A program made the position numbers and the translations under genes. Source: Haliotis cracherodii (Eukaryota). Taken from it: DNA of 64,000 nucleotides. The notes below the pieces were generated by a model, which ran no database searches, was not told the origin of the DNA, and saw nothing but the letters and a program-made list of their open reading frames with translations. Positions 1-12,752 of this stretch are shown one piece after another. Position 1 is the stretch's first letter; every line of letters begins with the position of its first letter. The stretch is taken from assembly GCF_022045235.1 (NCBI RefSeq), contig NW_027266272.1, forward strand, positions 2,852,001-2,916,000, in the 5' to 3' direction.

Positions 1-390
1 TCCTGGCTGCCATGATATCTGTACTCCCCTCCATGCCAATAGAGAAGGTCTGTATGGGGTAATGTAATGCTTCAAGACTCACCTTCCTGGCTGCCATGAT
101 ATCTGTACTACCCTCCATGCCAATAGAGAAGGTCTGTATGGGGTAATGTAATGCTCAAAGACTCACCTTCCTGGCTGCCATGATATATGTACTCCCCTCC
201 ATGCCAATAGAGAAGGTCTGTATGGGGTAATGTAATGGTTCAAGACTCACCTTCCTGGCTGCCATGATATCTGTACTCCCCTCCATGCCAATAGAGAAGG
301 TCTGTATGGGGTAATGTAATGGTTCAAGACTCACCTTCCTGGCTGCCATGATATCTGTACTCCCCTCCATGCCAATAGTGAAAGTTTGTA
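1..390 (-). repeat. 84-bp tandem repeat containing the ASNS exon 3' end and GTGAGT donor
   Basis: Donor AAG|GTGAGT recurs at 334, 250, 166 and 82 (period 84 = 28 codons); the array is truncated by the window edge. Confidence 0.95.
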
Positions 391-3300
391 TGCGGTAGGG
401 TAGCTTCAGTTCCTTGGCATTTTTCACTAACAACGCGGCCACCAGACTCGAGTCGAGGCCCCCTGGAAAGTGAAGGACAACGTTTCATGAGAGCACATCT
501 TGTTTTACGCGGTACAATGTGTTCCAGACATGTCACGGTAGTCTGTATATGATTCCATCTACGCTGACAAAAACTATCAAGCATTTAGTACTGGAAATCA
601 TGGGTTGAATCAAGGAAAACTGCAAGTAGTTGGTTGAAGCATTTAGTACTGGAAATTATGGGTGGAATCAGTGAGTACTGCATGGATGGAAGCAGTCACG
701 GCTATGGATAGATTCTAAAACGCATATGTTGTATTTTGTTGACCTCTTAAGACATATCTCAGTGCGCAGTAAAACAGACAAGGACAAACTTATCCCAAAC
801 ACAATTTACCTGACAACAAACAACCAACCCTTCTCTCGGCCATTAAACGCTTCTGGACAGCCGTTTCTAACAGCAACCGGATGTTCTCTGACACGTCACT
901 TCCTGTAGAAAACGACACAATAATTGTTCCATCGTATGCGATACCAGTGTGTTGGTGAACTACTAAACCAGAATGATAATGTTTCTGCGATAAAGTTCGG
1001 TTTTGACTTTGTAAAGTTCTACATTGGTTAACAGCATCACATTAACAATGCCCTGATCTCGCTGAGGACCTCATCAACATGAAAGAAAATATATATTTGA
1101 ATGCTCGTTTTTCATAAACCAAACCGGTATGCAATATCAAATGATACTCTACACTATGCTGACAAAGACACTAACATCTGAAGTAATCCCCTACCTAGTG
1201 TACCCGACAAAAGGCGACTATGCTTGTCGTAAGAGGCGACTAACGGGATCGTGTGGTCAGGCTCGATGACTTGGTTGATGCATGCCATCGTATCCCAATT
1301 GCGTAGATCGACCGCCGTCATATAGCTAGAATATTGCTGAGTGCGGCGTTAAACAAACAATCTATTTTATACAAATAAAACAAAAACCCTGCCAAGTGAT
1401 TCGGAGTCTACAGGTGTTTTGTACAGGGGTATGTCGCCAATAGAATGAAACTGTTTCATCTCCCGGAAGGTGGCTCGTCCGTTGTTGTCGAGGTCGTACT
1501 GTTCCACTGTACCGGGGGCGACGGAGACGATGTTAGCATCCTCATCAGTGAGGTTATGCGTTAGACCAAATAAACCTGTGCGGGGTAAAGAATTTATTGT
1601 TGTCAATATTATGGTTTGATTGGAGACGGACACTTCAAGAAATATTCCTATATTCCTATATTCCTAACTTCTTCAAACTCCCTATTATGATTATTTATGT
1701 TATGCATCATTACTATGAAGCATGTGCACATTCTACTCACATTTTAGCCACTGGTATATTTAATGCTGTTTTCAAATACGTGTATATATTATCAGCTTTT
1801 ATGTTTGGAGTGCCACTGAATTATAGTTATATCCCAATCTGAAGTTGGGTAGTATATATGTTATGAAAGAATCTAGTATTGTGTATAGCTATTTTCTCGA
1901 AGCTTCTTATTCATATGATAAACTGAATTTTATAGACAGTTTTTAAAATATGAATTACCATTTTCACTATTAAACNNNNNNNNNNNNNNNNNNNNNNNNN
2001 NNNNNNNNNNNNNNNNNNNNNNNNNNNNNNNNNNNNNNNNNNNNNNNNNNNNNNNNNNNNNNNNNNNNNNNNNNNNNNNNNNNNNNNNNNNNNNNNNNNN
2101 NNNNNNNNNNNNNNNNNNGACCTTTCGCCTCCGAGCACACAGCTAGGAAGCCATTGTCTGTCACAAGCTTGAAGCAGGGGCGGACTCCAAACGTGTCCCG
2201 ACCAATGAAGACCTTCCTGTTAGCCGTGTCGAGGAGACAGAAGGCAAACACACCATCCAGGTGGGAGGGGAAATCAATACCATATTTGGCATAAAGATGT
2301 ATGATTGGTTCTGTGTCACAGTTGGTGCTCAGATGAAATTCATGCTCTTTTGCTACCTAGGATTAGATATCACAATTCAATTATGTAGGAGTAGAAGGCT
2401 ACTCAGTGTGTTTGATCAAACGTGAGCGTTCTTGTGACAGATGTTAGAGGCTTTACATATGGTATAACTCCCATATACCCATGACTTAATATGGAATAAC
2501 ACTGCAGGTCTAACTTACCCAGTATGAACTTGGCGTCCAAAACCTACTGTAAAAGATAACATGAATATGTATGATTGGAATTTGATGACATATAGCATAC
2601 GTGATCTCTAAGGCGGGTCTCCATCACATCAACATTTAGGGGTGACTTCCGTATAAGGCCACTTGCGGTAACATTATGAAACTTAGCTCAAAGTTCAGGT
2701 AACTTCGGAATAATGCTTGAAAAGTCAAAGCACTTTGCAATCAGTTTTGATGACTTACTCAAAACCTGTCATGTATCAAGGTCCTGGCTGTGTCAAGTTA
2801 TTCACTCAGGACATGACTTGTAATAGTTTCATTCAGAAATTATTGTCAGTGTAGTGTAGAGACGACATATGTTTAACACCGCCGGAGTGTGCAAAAAGTG
2901 ATGGTTTTTTTTCGATGTAAATTAGATGGCAAGACGGTCAAACTCACTAGGTATAGGGTGGACATATGACACTGTCATGTCCAATGTGAAGGTCATTCAA
3001 ACATAATAGTATATTTCGGACTGTATTAACAGTAAGCTTATTATTACTTTATTATTTATATTTGCAAAAACTCATGCTTTCAATGTGAAATTGTCTAGTT
3101 GAGACTGAAGGTCAAGATCATTGAACCGGAAGTGCTAACCATGTTCCTCTCCCTTAGTGAAACTAGAGGCATAGGACATATAATTCCACAAAGCCAAAGT
3201 AATACCATAAGACGTGAAATGTTAATAATGGTAGCTTCTGGCATTGAAATGATGTAACGTTCGATCTGTGAAATGTTTAGTCATTTGATAAAATGGCTGT

Positions 3301-3949
3301 GACCCCTTGTCATGTTTGTAATGTATTTTGCATGTTGTGGGCGGCACTGTTACCCATTGCTGTAAGCGACCGGAATTAAACGCACACGTGCTTTACAACA
3401 ACCTGCCTCATGTCGTTCTTACAATATGGTAAAATGACTATGGAATAGTCATCGTGTCCAGTGACGAAGCGTCACAGTATGGTGAGAGAGTTTTGCGGCA
3501 TTCAGGAAGGATGGTTATATCAGAGACCATATAATATATCTATTATATGGTCTCTGGTTATATGGAGGAATGCACAAAACAAGGATTCTTTCGATAGGGT
3601 ATCAGTTTACATGTGTGTAAATATATACAGTGTTACGTAACACAGGGCAGTATTCGTGTTTGAAGAATTGGCCTACAGAATGAGTGACAGGATGACCTAC
3701 TGATTTATAGTTGTAGATCTCCCCGTTGTATATCAGCCATATGTGAGGATGGGTGTACAGTCTCATTGGCTGCATCCCTCTGACGTCATCAACGATAGCC
3801 AATCGGTGGAAGCCAAGACAACAGTTCTGGAGATGGTTGATGTTTTCTATCCTGAAGGCGTCTGGTCCACGATGTGCGACCTTATGGGCAGCTTTACACT
3901 GCACGGAGACATGTACATCACTACCGAACACGGCCCAGATCCCACACAT
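335..3949 (-). CDS. ASNS: Asparagine synthetase (glutamine-hydrolysing), 5' part; coding exons 3949-3701, 2356-2122, 1575-1393, 902-810, 462-335; gene continues beyond left edge
   Basis: The spliced translation starts MCGIWAVFG (Ntn-amidotransferase Cys2) and continues [88 protein letters not shown]. Exon lengths 249/235/183/93/128 join in frame (phases 0,1,1,1,0) with AG acceptors. An acceptor at 3972-3973 implies an upstream non-coding exon that was not located. Confidence 0.95.
1976..2118. other. Assembly gap (143 N)
   Basis: Run of N starting 3 nt into the ASNS intron after exon 2356-2122. Confidence 1.
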
Positions 3950-4789
3950 GGCGTTGTCACAATGCAAGCCCCTGAGGATATACAATATCATCAGTAGGTC
4001 CTTTCTCTTTTCTAAAACCACTCAATGAAAAAAATAAAAATAGAATAATGATTGATGAATATACATGTATATTAATAATAACCTCCACATCTGCTGTCGC
4101 CAATCTCAGGATATGCTATGCATGAACATAAAGTCCTGATGTCAGATATACAACTTGTATGTGGAGAGTGAGTGAGTGGGTATAATTTTACGCCACTTTT
4201 AGAAATATTCCAGAATATCAAGTTGGGTGATGCCAGATATGGGCTTCACACATTGTACACATGTAGAGAATCGAACCAAGGCTTCGATGACAAGCAAACG
4301 CTTAAACCACAGGCGATATCACCGCTCTGTTCTGGAGAGACTATCGGGTATTGCTTAGTTTAGTCCCGAAAATGTGAACAACTCAACAAAAAGCGGCAAG
4401 GCTTGAAAGATTATTGTGTTCCCTTGTGATGAAAGGTTCACCGTTAAGCATATATTGCAAGGGATTCACATTATCGAAACTGTACATCTGAAAGATCTCT
4501 TTTCTCGTGTAATCGGGCATCTCATCTTAAATTACTTGAAAGAAATCGGTCTGTATGATATATTTTAAATATGTATATGAATAAGTAATTGCTTCTTTAT
4601 AAATTTGGTGTGATGCTTTTCTCAGCAAAGCGGTTAAAGTATCGTAAAGTTATTGTCCACCTGTGTGACACGTAATTTTAAGCCAATTCAATATTGACTA
4701 GTATTGTGCACAACCGCCAGTAGCTAAAGTGATGACGTAAATCCTGCTGGGGTATCATGAATTTGTGCAGTTTCAGAATAGAACCAAGC

Positions 4790-5320
4790 ACAATTATGCC
4801 AAGACGTTGATTTTTCCGCTATACACCAGTACCACTCGACAAACGTAAGGAAAGACGTCATTCCTTGATCATTTTGTCACAAAACGTGGTGATCATAGCT
4901 ATGCTTATAGCCCTCTCTTTAAAAGTTCAGGAGAATTTGTCCAATATGAAAGCAAATATCATCCTACGCTTACTGAGATACTGTCTGTGTGGAATTTAGG
5001 GATAGCCAAGAGGTACATGTAGACATCCCCATGGCAACCATTGTGCCCCCCTTCTTCTGATCTGTTTCTTTAAGGATACGAATTTGTATTCGGAATGGCA
5101 AAATCAAAACACTAGAATTTGGTCACAATGTACATCGCAAGCTTCAGGTACATCGATGATCTGATATCGTTCAATAATGGTCCGTTAGTCAATTCCCTTC
5201 CACTGATTTACCCACCTGAACAAAAAAAAAATAAGGAGACAAGTGAAACTGACTCATCTGCTTCATATTCATACATGAAGCTTCAAAAGTGCGTATCGGG
5301 GTACATCATTTAAGGCCATG
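4790..5320 (+). mobile_element. Decayed Penelope-like retroelement reverse-transcriptase fragment
   Basis: Frameshifted remnants resembling FDFSTLYT (~4805), IPM-x-x-CAP...DLFL (~5025-5070) and FRYIDDL (5140-5165), followed by IYPPE...KET. Confidence 0.7.
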
Positions 5321-5346
5321 TGTCATTTCTATCTCAAGAAAGTGAA

Positions 5347-5488
5347 GGGGCGGTCGGGTAGCCTAGTGGTTAAAGCGTTCGCTCGTTACACCGAAGACCC
5401 GGGTTCGATTCCCAACATGGGTACAATGTGTGAAGCCCATTTCTGGTGTACCCCGCCGTGATATTGCTAGAACCATACTCACTCACTC
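5347..5488 (+). mobile_element. tRNA-derived SINE, family 1
   Basis: tRNA-like head (TAGCCTAGTGG A box, GGTTCGATTCC B box) and (ACTC)n tail; target-site duplication CTCAAGAAAGTGAAG. Confidence 0.85.
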
Positions 5489-5843
5489 AAGAAAGTGAAG
5501 TCAAGTTATACTTAATCAAGGGATATGATAAATGATGACATTATTCAACCACTGTTGTACTTTACTGACTTATGCGTGAAAGTGGATATATTGCAACTGT
5601 TAATTTTACATGCATTTCGCGTAGTAGTGTTATTGTCACGAGGCTCATGTGTGCACGTAAATGGCGTATGAGTGGAATGCATAATTTCGTTTGTTAAAAG
5701 GATGGAACACAGCAAATGAAGTCACACGTGTAGACGTGACGTGACGCTAGTGTTAAAAAAATATGTTTGAGGTGAGGTGAGGTGAGGTGAAATTGGGTTT
5801 AACGTCGCGTCCAAGATTATTGCACCTATACAGCAACGCGCAT

Positions 5844-5882
<39 letters not shown>

Positions 5883-6315
5883 CGTTATCGGTCCGAGAGA
5901 ATCTTACCATTGAATACACATAGACGTTTCCTCATCTAAATATTACACTCTCAGGAATTCAGCGATAGATATGACTTGTTACCTTGTAGTTATAACAATA
6001 AGCGAAATGACTTAAAATTCCCCAGTTTTTTTAATAATACAAAACTAAATGTGATAAAAGCTGTATACATTTTTGTTTTATTGAACAAAATTAGATGAAA
6101 ACATATATGTTCTCTGGGTAACTAATATATGCAAATTGTAAATTGTACATTATTTACCTTGCTGTCATGTAACTTAAATATATATGTATAATCTTCATAT
6201 GCCACTGTCACAAATACATAAACAAAATCTTGTCCGATGAAATGATGTCTGGATGCCACGAGAAAGAATCTTGTTTATTTCCACGTCATATTGTTCATCG
6301 TTTACTTCTCGTACA

Positions 6316-6477
6316 GGGCGGTCGGGTAGCCTAGTGGTTAAAGCGTTCGCTCGTCACGCCGAAGACCCGGGTTCGATTCCCGACATGGGCACAATGTGTG
6401 AAGCCCATTTCTGGTGTCCCCCGCCGTGATATTGCCGGAATATTGCTAAATGTGGTGTAAATCTATACTCACTCACT
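6316..6477 (+). mobile_element. tRNA-derived SINE, family 1
   Basis: Same head, body and tail as the 5347 copy; degenerate TSD TTCT(C/A)GTACAG. Confidence 0.85.
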
Positions 6478-6809
6478 ATTTCTAGTACAGTAAGTGTAAT
6501 TTATTAGACAAAAGCCAGTGTCGTCCGTTTCGCTTTGAACCAACACCCACCCTGTCAATATCTAATCTGTGCGCATATAACTGTTTCCGGTCTACCGCGG
6601 GGTTTGATGGGGTGTCAGTGCCGAATGATTTTTTGACAGTTGTGAAAAATTCGTTTACAGACTGATGTTTATCGTATATTATTATATCAGTTGACTGGAA
6701 GATCCACTGATTTCTGTATTCGTTAAAGAGGCCAAACGGTCCTGTTTGTGGAAATATGTACTGGAAATATGTATAAGACAGTATTAGGCAATATATATAT
6801 ATATATCAT

Positions 6810-7370
6810 TTTGATTGATCATTTTCCAAAACCATCACGTCCAGCTGCTTTAGTAACATCAACAGACAAGACATCACACACCTGGGAGAAAACTATATCA
6901 CCTAGAGTATATTGTAGATTACATTCTGTTAAAACAGAGGGACTATCTGGTTTGTCGATCTGTGCCTGTTCACAAAAATACCCATTCAATATATTGGCTA
7001 CTTTTGTATTATTTACACCATCATTGCAAGTTATTGTCGGAAGAGAAGAAGCCATCGTCTTAGATCTAAGGTAATTCGTAACCAGATGCCACCACGTTTT
7101 ACATTCCCGTAAACATTTAATCTGTTGTCTACTTGACTTGAATGATCACGTCTGCTTTCCTTAGCATCGATATAACCTGATTTCTAACTATCTAAACTTG
7201 CGCCAATGACTTGGTATGTTGAGACATTTAGCTATCGTTGCTGTCGGTTTCTCTTTCGCATAAAGGAACGTATTTGACAATCCATCCATGGTTGATCCTT
7301 GGGTCTTATAGTAACCTCCTTATTAGGAACAAACCTGTCTGCTGTGCTTTTAATTACATTGGTAATATAA
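6810..7370 (-). mobile_element. Decayed CR1/L2-type LINE ORF2 fragment
   Basis: Minus-strand remnants VTIRPKDQPW, WWHLV, KVANILNGYF and KAAGRDG (KAPGPDG-like), with stops and frameshifts. Confidence 0.7.
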
Positions 7371-7620
7371 ACAGTTTATAAAGGATAATTTATCTGTCGA
7401 GTGAAATATCATGTTTCTCGGAGGGGATGGGGTGGGGTGGGGTGGGGTGGGGAAGGAGATGTAATCTCTATAGAAACGTAGTTTAATGTACAGGTATTAT
7501 GAGTGAATCATGTAAGGATTATTACCTGTAACAGCCCAATGATCTGTAGGCTTTGCTGTTAATAAATACTGAGATTTACATGCATGTCAGTGTTTGATAG
7601 TTATTCAAGTAAGGGCGAGC

Positions 7621-7779
7621 GAGTGAGTATGGTTTTACGCCGTTTTAGCAATATTCCAGCAATATCACGGCGGGGGACACCAGAAATGGGCTTCACACAT
7701 TGTGCCCATGTCGGGAATCGAACCCGGGTCTTCGGCGTGACGAGCGAACGCTTTAACCACTAGGCTACCCGACCGCCCC
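7621..7779 (-). mobile_element. tRNA-derived SINE, family 1
   Basis: Full-length reverse copy; TSD TATTCAA(G/A)TAAG. Confidence 0.85.
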
Positions 7780-8313
7780 TATTCAAATAAGACATTTCTT
7801 GACGATAATGAACTATCATGACTGGATATACTTGCAACATAAATACGTCAATCTGAAACAACCCATTAATGGAATGTAAGTATAATATACAATGTTTTTA
7901 AAGTAGGCAAATACTGTCACATGACAACAGTCCCACTTGGGATAGCATTAATGTGGAGATATTATTATCACAGCTCTATATTCCAATGTCAATTATGTAG
8001 ATTTTGCACAATGTACTTTAGTGGGGTGATCCCACTTGCAAGAACAATTACACATATCTGATTGATTAACAAAAGAAACATCAGTCTGCCACAGGGCAGA
8101 CAGCAGTCTAACGAATTATACAATAGCTGCCAAGCAATTTGTTATTATCATTAAGACAGAAAGTCAATGCATTCCAGTGATAGTCTTGCTTTCATAAACG
8201 ACTACCAACACAGTCTTCCTCGAATCACAAAGAATATTTATAGTACAGTTACGTTATAATTTGGTTTACATATAGGGACAGGGATACAAATATCCTAAGT
8301 TGTTCCAATTCAG

Positions 8314-8667
8314 AGGTGAGGTGAAATGGGGTTTAACGTCGAGTCCAAGATTATTGCACTTATATAGCGACGTGCATGAACGTGTGTGTGTTTGTGTGGC
8401 TGCTTGTACTCGTCCGGACTGATGCCGATTTATAGTGCTAGCTCACTGAGATACCATGCCGCAGTTTAACATGGATACCCCACTCAGACACAGTATACTG
8501 ACTCCGAGCCGACAGGTCTTTGTTTTAGCCCCTTAATGCCGAGCGCCAGACAGGGTAACAACAAGTACCATCTTTTAACGTCTTTTGGTATGACGCGACC
8601 GGGGATCGAACCCCGTACCTTTCGCTCTCCGGGCGGACGCTCTACAACTAGACCACGGAGGCGGTTT
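8314..8667 (-). mobile_element. tRNA-derived SINE, family 3 (full length; central domain possibly Meta-like). Other copies ~25625-25930, 26420-26966, 33262-33520, 34045-34200, 5770-5880 (tail)
   Basis: tRNA head (GTGGTCTAGTTG...GGTTCGATCCC), conserved body, (TCACC)n tail; TSD CAATTCAG(A). The superfamily name is from recall and unverified. Confidence 0.8.
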
Positions 8668-9459
8668 CAATTCAGAAAATCAGTAAATAACTAGTAGTTA
8701 GTCACTTGAAACATCTTCATCCCTAAACAACTTGAACGCATTTTCTTTCTGAGGCAGAAAATTGTCATTATTAGCCTAAGTTCTCATACTGCGTAAGATC
8801 CGTGAAGATCAACCCATGCTTACCGTAAAAGGTCTGAACATAATCGACTCTGGACCAGACAATCCAGTAATTGACACCATGAGCATCGATTCACGCAACT
8901 GGGATACGATGACATGTATCAACGAAGTCAGCGAGCCAGACCACCCGATCCCGTTAGTCGCCTTTTACGACAAGCATGGGTTCCTGAAGGCCGATTCTAC
9001 CCCGGATCTTCAAGGGGGGAAGGGGCACTGAATGAAATTCTCGCCATTTCCCAGCATGAGCAATGTTGGACGTTACAGCCACACTGACATCTTGGACTTA
9101 CCCGACTACAGGATGTTAGTGCTGTCGCTCGACCACACAGACATGCAGTGCCACACACGTGGAAATACGTGACTACTGGGGAGTGGGCTGGCAGTATTCT
9201 TCGAAACAGCCGTTTGTTACAACAATATGTTAACTTGTGCTGAAGTTATTCTAAACTGTCAATTGCTTTGGTAACTCATACACATCTGTAATATATGACG
9301 TAAAACAAATAAAAAACAACAATTTATCATGACAAATAAAACTGACTGCGGTGTCAGCTGTTTCCTCGCTGCTGGGACAGCACATGTACATGTGTAAACA
9401 GGCTGGGCATGAGGCAGCGTATAAACAAAGCAACAAAACCCTTTCCATTAGCATAAGGT

Positions 9460-9724
9460 GATTTGGTTGCTTGTTGTTTAACGCCACACTCAACAATATT
9501 CAAGCTATATGACGACAGTCTGTAAATAATCGAGTCTGGACCAAAACAATCCAGTGATTGATATCATGAGCGTCTATTCAAGCATTTGGGATACGATGAC
9601 ATGCATCAACCAAATCAGCAAACCTGACCACCCGATCCCGTTAGTCGTCTCTTACAACAAGCATAGTCGCCTTTTACAAGCATGGGATGCTGAAGACCTA
9701 TTCTACCCCGGATCTTCACGGGTC
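9460..9724 (-). mobile_element. SINE-like family 2 (core GCTTGTCGTAAGAGGCGACTAA, (CAAA)n tail). About 20 copies, e.g. 1203-1360, 8800-9012, 17182-17444, 22335-22620, 22988-23189, 24870-25115, 26478-26680, 34770-35025, 41291-41540, 42022-42380, 43888-44157, 48380-48597, 52325-52510, 54530-54778, 55335-55508, 61141-61310
   Basis: Highly similar ~270-bp dispersed repeat in both orientations with a simple-repeat 3' tail. The core resembles the Nin/Deu SINE domain as recalled (unverified). Confidence 0.8.
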
Positions 9725-9949
9725 TTGAATTTAAGCGAGGCAGAATCACAGAAGATCTTTCTAAAGATACCACGTCTGAAACTCAAGCAGGGGATGTCCA
9801 TCGCATGGTAATGACTGTCCGACTTGTTACGATTCAGGATATTGCTGAAACTGTTAGGAACAGGTTTGGGTCAGGATGGCTAATCTTAACTCACCCAGTC
9901 CACAGGAGCAAGCAAGCAAGACACCAGATCAGACTGCACCGTTTATAGA

Positions 9950-10480
9950 GAATACTACACTCATTCTCGTTAGATACCATTTTTACGAAACGAGTAGACC
10001 TTCTATGGTATCTGACCGAGCGAAAGCGATTTTCATACATCTGTTCAATTACTTTGAACATTCTACCTTGTAACCTTTTTTTGTGGCAGTTTCTTCAATC
10101 AACATTTTCAAATAATGATGTTGAATGGACTGGTTGGGATTGAACGGAGTGTTTTGTTGCGTGTGCTGTAATACTTAACTTGGCTTGTGTTTCTTGTCAC
10201 CCGAGATGGACCTACTGTACGACCTGATGCCAGCTTCATTTCTGTGCCCCGTCATTCCTCATCTGCCGCCGCTTCTCGGCCTAGAATGCACGGAGAGGGT
10301 CGGCCAACTCAGAAACCGGAATCGTAATTCTACATATATTTTCTCGTCGGTAAAACAGGTAGGCAAGGTTTTGTTTGTTTTTTAATTTAAGTTTCTTTAC
10401 TTAACTTCTGTTTTTTCAAAATCTTGGATTTCTTTTCCGATACAATAGCGAACCGGGTTGTGTTGGCGGCCACATCTGAC
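9950..10480 (-). mobile_element. Possible decayed Crypton-type tyrosine-recombinase element fragment
   Basis: Frameshifted minus-strand remnants TRFAIVSE.EI, IPVSELADPLRAF*AEKR and LNRY resemble the N-terminal region of Crypton/ZMYM-type recombinases. Confidence 0.35.
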
Positions 10481-11581
10481 AAGGTACAGCATTGTTTTCA
10501 TTCGCATATTGTCTGGGTGCTGGATTCCTGTCATTACGGAAGCAAGGCATCAAAGTCAATATCGCTCACTAAATAAATTTCGTTCACCTCAGTAATTTCA
10601 CAGAATTATTTTTCATCTCTTGCGTTATTAGAAGATAGATAGCCATTCCATATCCAAATCACCGTAAGGACAGTCCATTTTGTTTCATCTAGCAGCTAGA
10701 CTACATTAAACACCAGAATCAACCATTTATTTATTTTTTTAGTCAGATGAAATAATATAAGAGCAGGCAAAAATACTAAATTAATTATAGTGCTGATAAA
10801 TTCAGGGATTAAACAGAAAAACGAAAAACGAGTTGATTGTAAACACCGATCGTGAATTCGGGGAAACCCCGGAAAGTAGTTCCGGCAGAAGTTCACTAGA
10901 CCAATTTCAAAGTCGATGTGAACTTTTTCTGTCCGTTCACAGGTGTGTGAACTCCAAATATCAGATCACGTGACTACCCATTCAGCCAACCAGCATGAAA
11001 GAAACAGTGTAAACTTGAAGGTATGACATTATTTCACTGTAAAGACAGATGTTGTGATCATTTTTTACTGTGCATTCTTAGAATGTGTAATTTGTCCTCG
11101 TGACCATATGGTTGACACGGATGTAACGGCGTATGCTGCGGATGCTGTACGGAGACGGAGCCGGACACCCACAGGACGACCTGGACCCATGGTTAGTCAT
11201 GTGATATATTGTTAAATGACAAAAATCTGGACATATATGGTTACACAAGTCACTAATGTTCGCATTTATGTTAAAGCAAAGATAAAACGTCAATCAACTT
11301 CAGTGTATGCATGACCAGATCATCTCAAACATGTATCTCTACATTTTTCCAGGGCTACGGTCCAACTATTCCCAATCGGACATTTTGTACCTCTCGGGAC
11401 TTACAGCGGGTACTCGGGTAGGGTCGGGTAATAAGGGGTGGGTACCCGGGTAGTAAATTTGGACTCGTCCCAGCTCTAATCACTAAGCCTGACCACCTGT
11501 TCCGTCTAGTCGCTCGTATGAGAAGCATACTGTGTACATGTAGATTGCAGGGAACCTGTTAGGGCTGCAACGATACAGAAA

Positions 11582-11856
11582 GTGAGTGAGTGAGTTGGGT
11601 TTAACGCCGCTTTTAACATTATTCCAGTTAAATCGCGGCGTGTCAGCTTAATGTGGGAGGAGAGCCCGAAGTGATGCAGGTCTCAGACGTTTACCAGTTC
11701 GGTGAAACCCACGAGCACGGGTATGGTGCTGACAAACCTAGAAACATAATCGGGGTGAACCGGGATTCGAACCCACAATCATAGGTTTCTGGCGTGCCCA
11801 AGGGACGCAACACTGCACAGCGAATCGCGGCGCCTTAGACGACTGGGCCACCCGTG
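11582..11856 (-). mobile_element. tRNA-derived SINE, family 4 (Leu/Ser-like head). Other copies 51168-51465 (-) and 55250-55690 (+, with nested family-2 insertion)
   Basis: Head GTGGCCCAGTCGTCTAAGGCGC...GGGTTCGAATCCC and (ACTC)n tail; three similar copies. Confidence 0.75.
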
Positions 11857-12752
11857 CCCCCAATACGGGGTGTGTACCCGGGTAGTAAATTTGGACTCTT
11901 CCCAACCCTAGTCACTAAGCCTGACCACCTGTTCCGTCTACTCGTCTGTAGGAGAAGCATACAATGTACATGTAGACTGCAGGGGACCTGTTCCATCCCA
12001 GGTACATCACGTGGGTCATCATGTATACAGAAAGAAAAATATGATTCCAACATTGCCATGGCAGATATGCAACTTTAACAGGACAAACTCACTTTCATGA
12101 TTAAATGCTTTATTTCAAGAGAAACTCCATCCATTTGAAATGGAAGGAATACAATAACAAATCGTAATGAACAAACAGCCTTGATTTAACTCGGGACAAT
12201 ATATAAAACATGTAAAATAGATGACATCGAACAGATTTAGCTATTCATCCTTAAAAAATATAATATTCAAAGTTTCTAAAATTTACACAATCACGGATTA
12301 AATGTAAGTCTGAAATACATAAGCACTTCTTCGACAATGATTTTGCAGAAACTGGTGTGGGGAGTCGTCTTTCTAAGGTTGAGCTGCTGCAGCTATTATA
12401 TGATGTCAGCTTATTGAGGTTTATACCGATGAGGATGGTGACTGACAAACACTATTTTGGACTGAAGGATCACAATGAATATGAAATTGAATATATCGAA
12501 CAGTATTGATATACGCAAGTTGATGGTGTGTAGGATCTTAATCATTTAATCAGTATGATGCAACAAACCTGCTCCTTGAGTGAGTGATTGATGTGGGTTT
12601 CACAAAGTATTTCAATTGTTTCTGGATGTTACAGCTTAATGAGCACAACTGAGCACAACTGTTGCCGGTCTGTGAGACACCCAGGAACACCATCACTGAA
12701 TTAAACCCATGACAAAGGGACACAACTCTGCACAACCATTCCATGGTTTTCC

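Noticed and set aside
4427-4434. TGATGAAA resembling the C/EBP-ATF amino-acid response element near ASNS
   Set aside because: A single short match in AT-rich DNA, and the ASNS transcription start was not located, so it is unsupported.
6316-6390. tRNA-like sequences (GTC anticodon-like loop) at many positions
   Set aside because: They continue into a shared SINE body and tail with TSDs and lack a proper acceptor stem; they are SINE heads, not tRNA genes.
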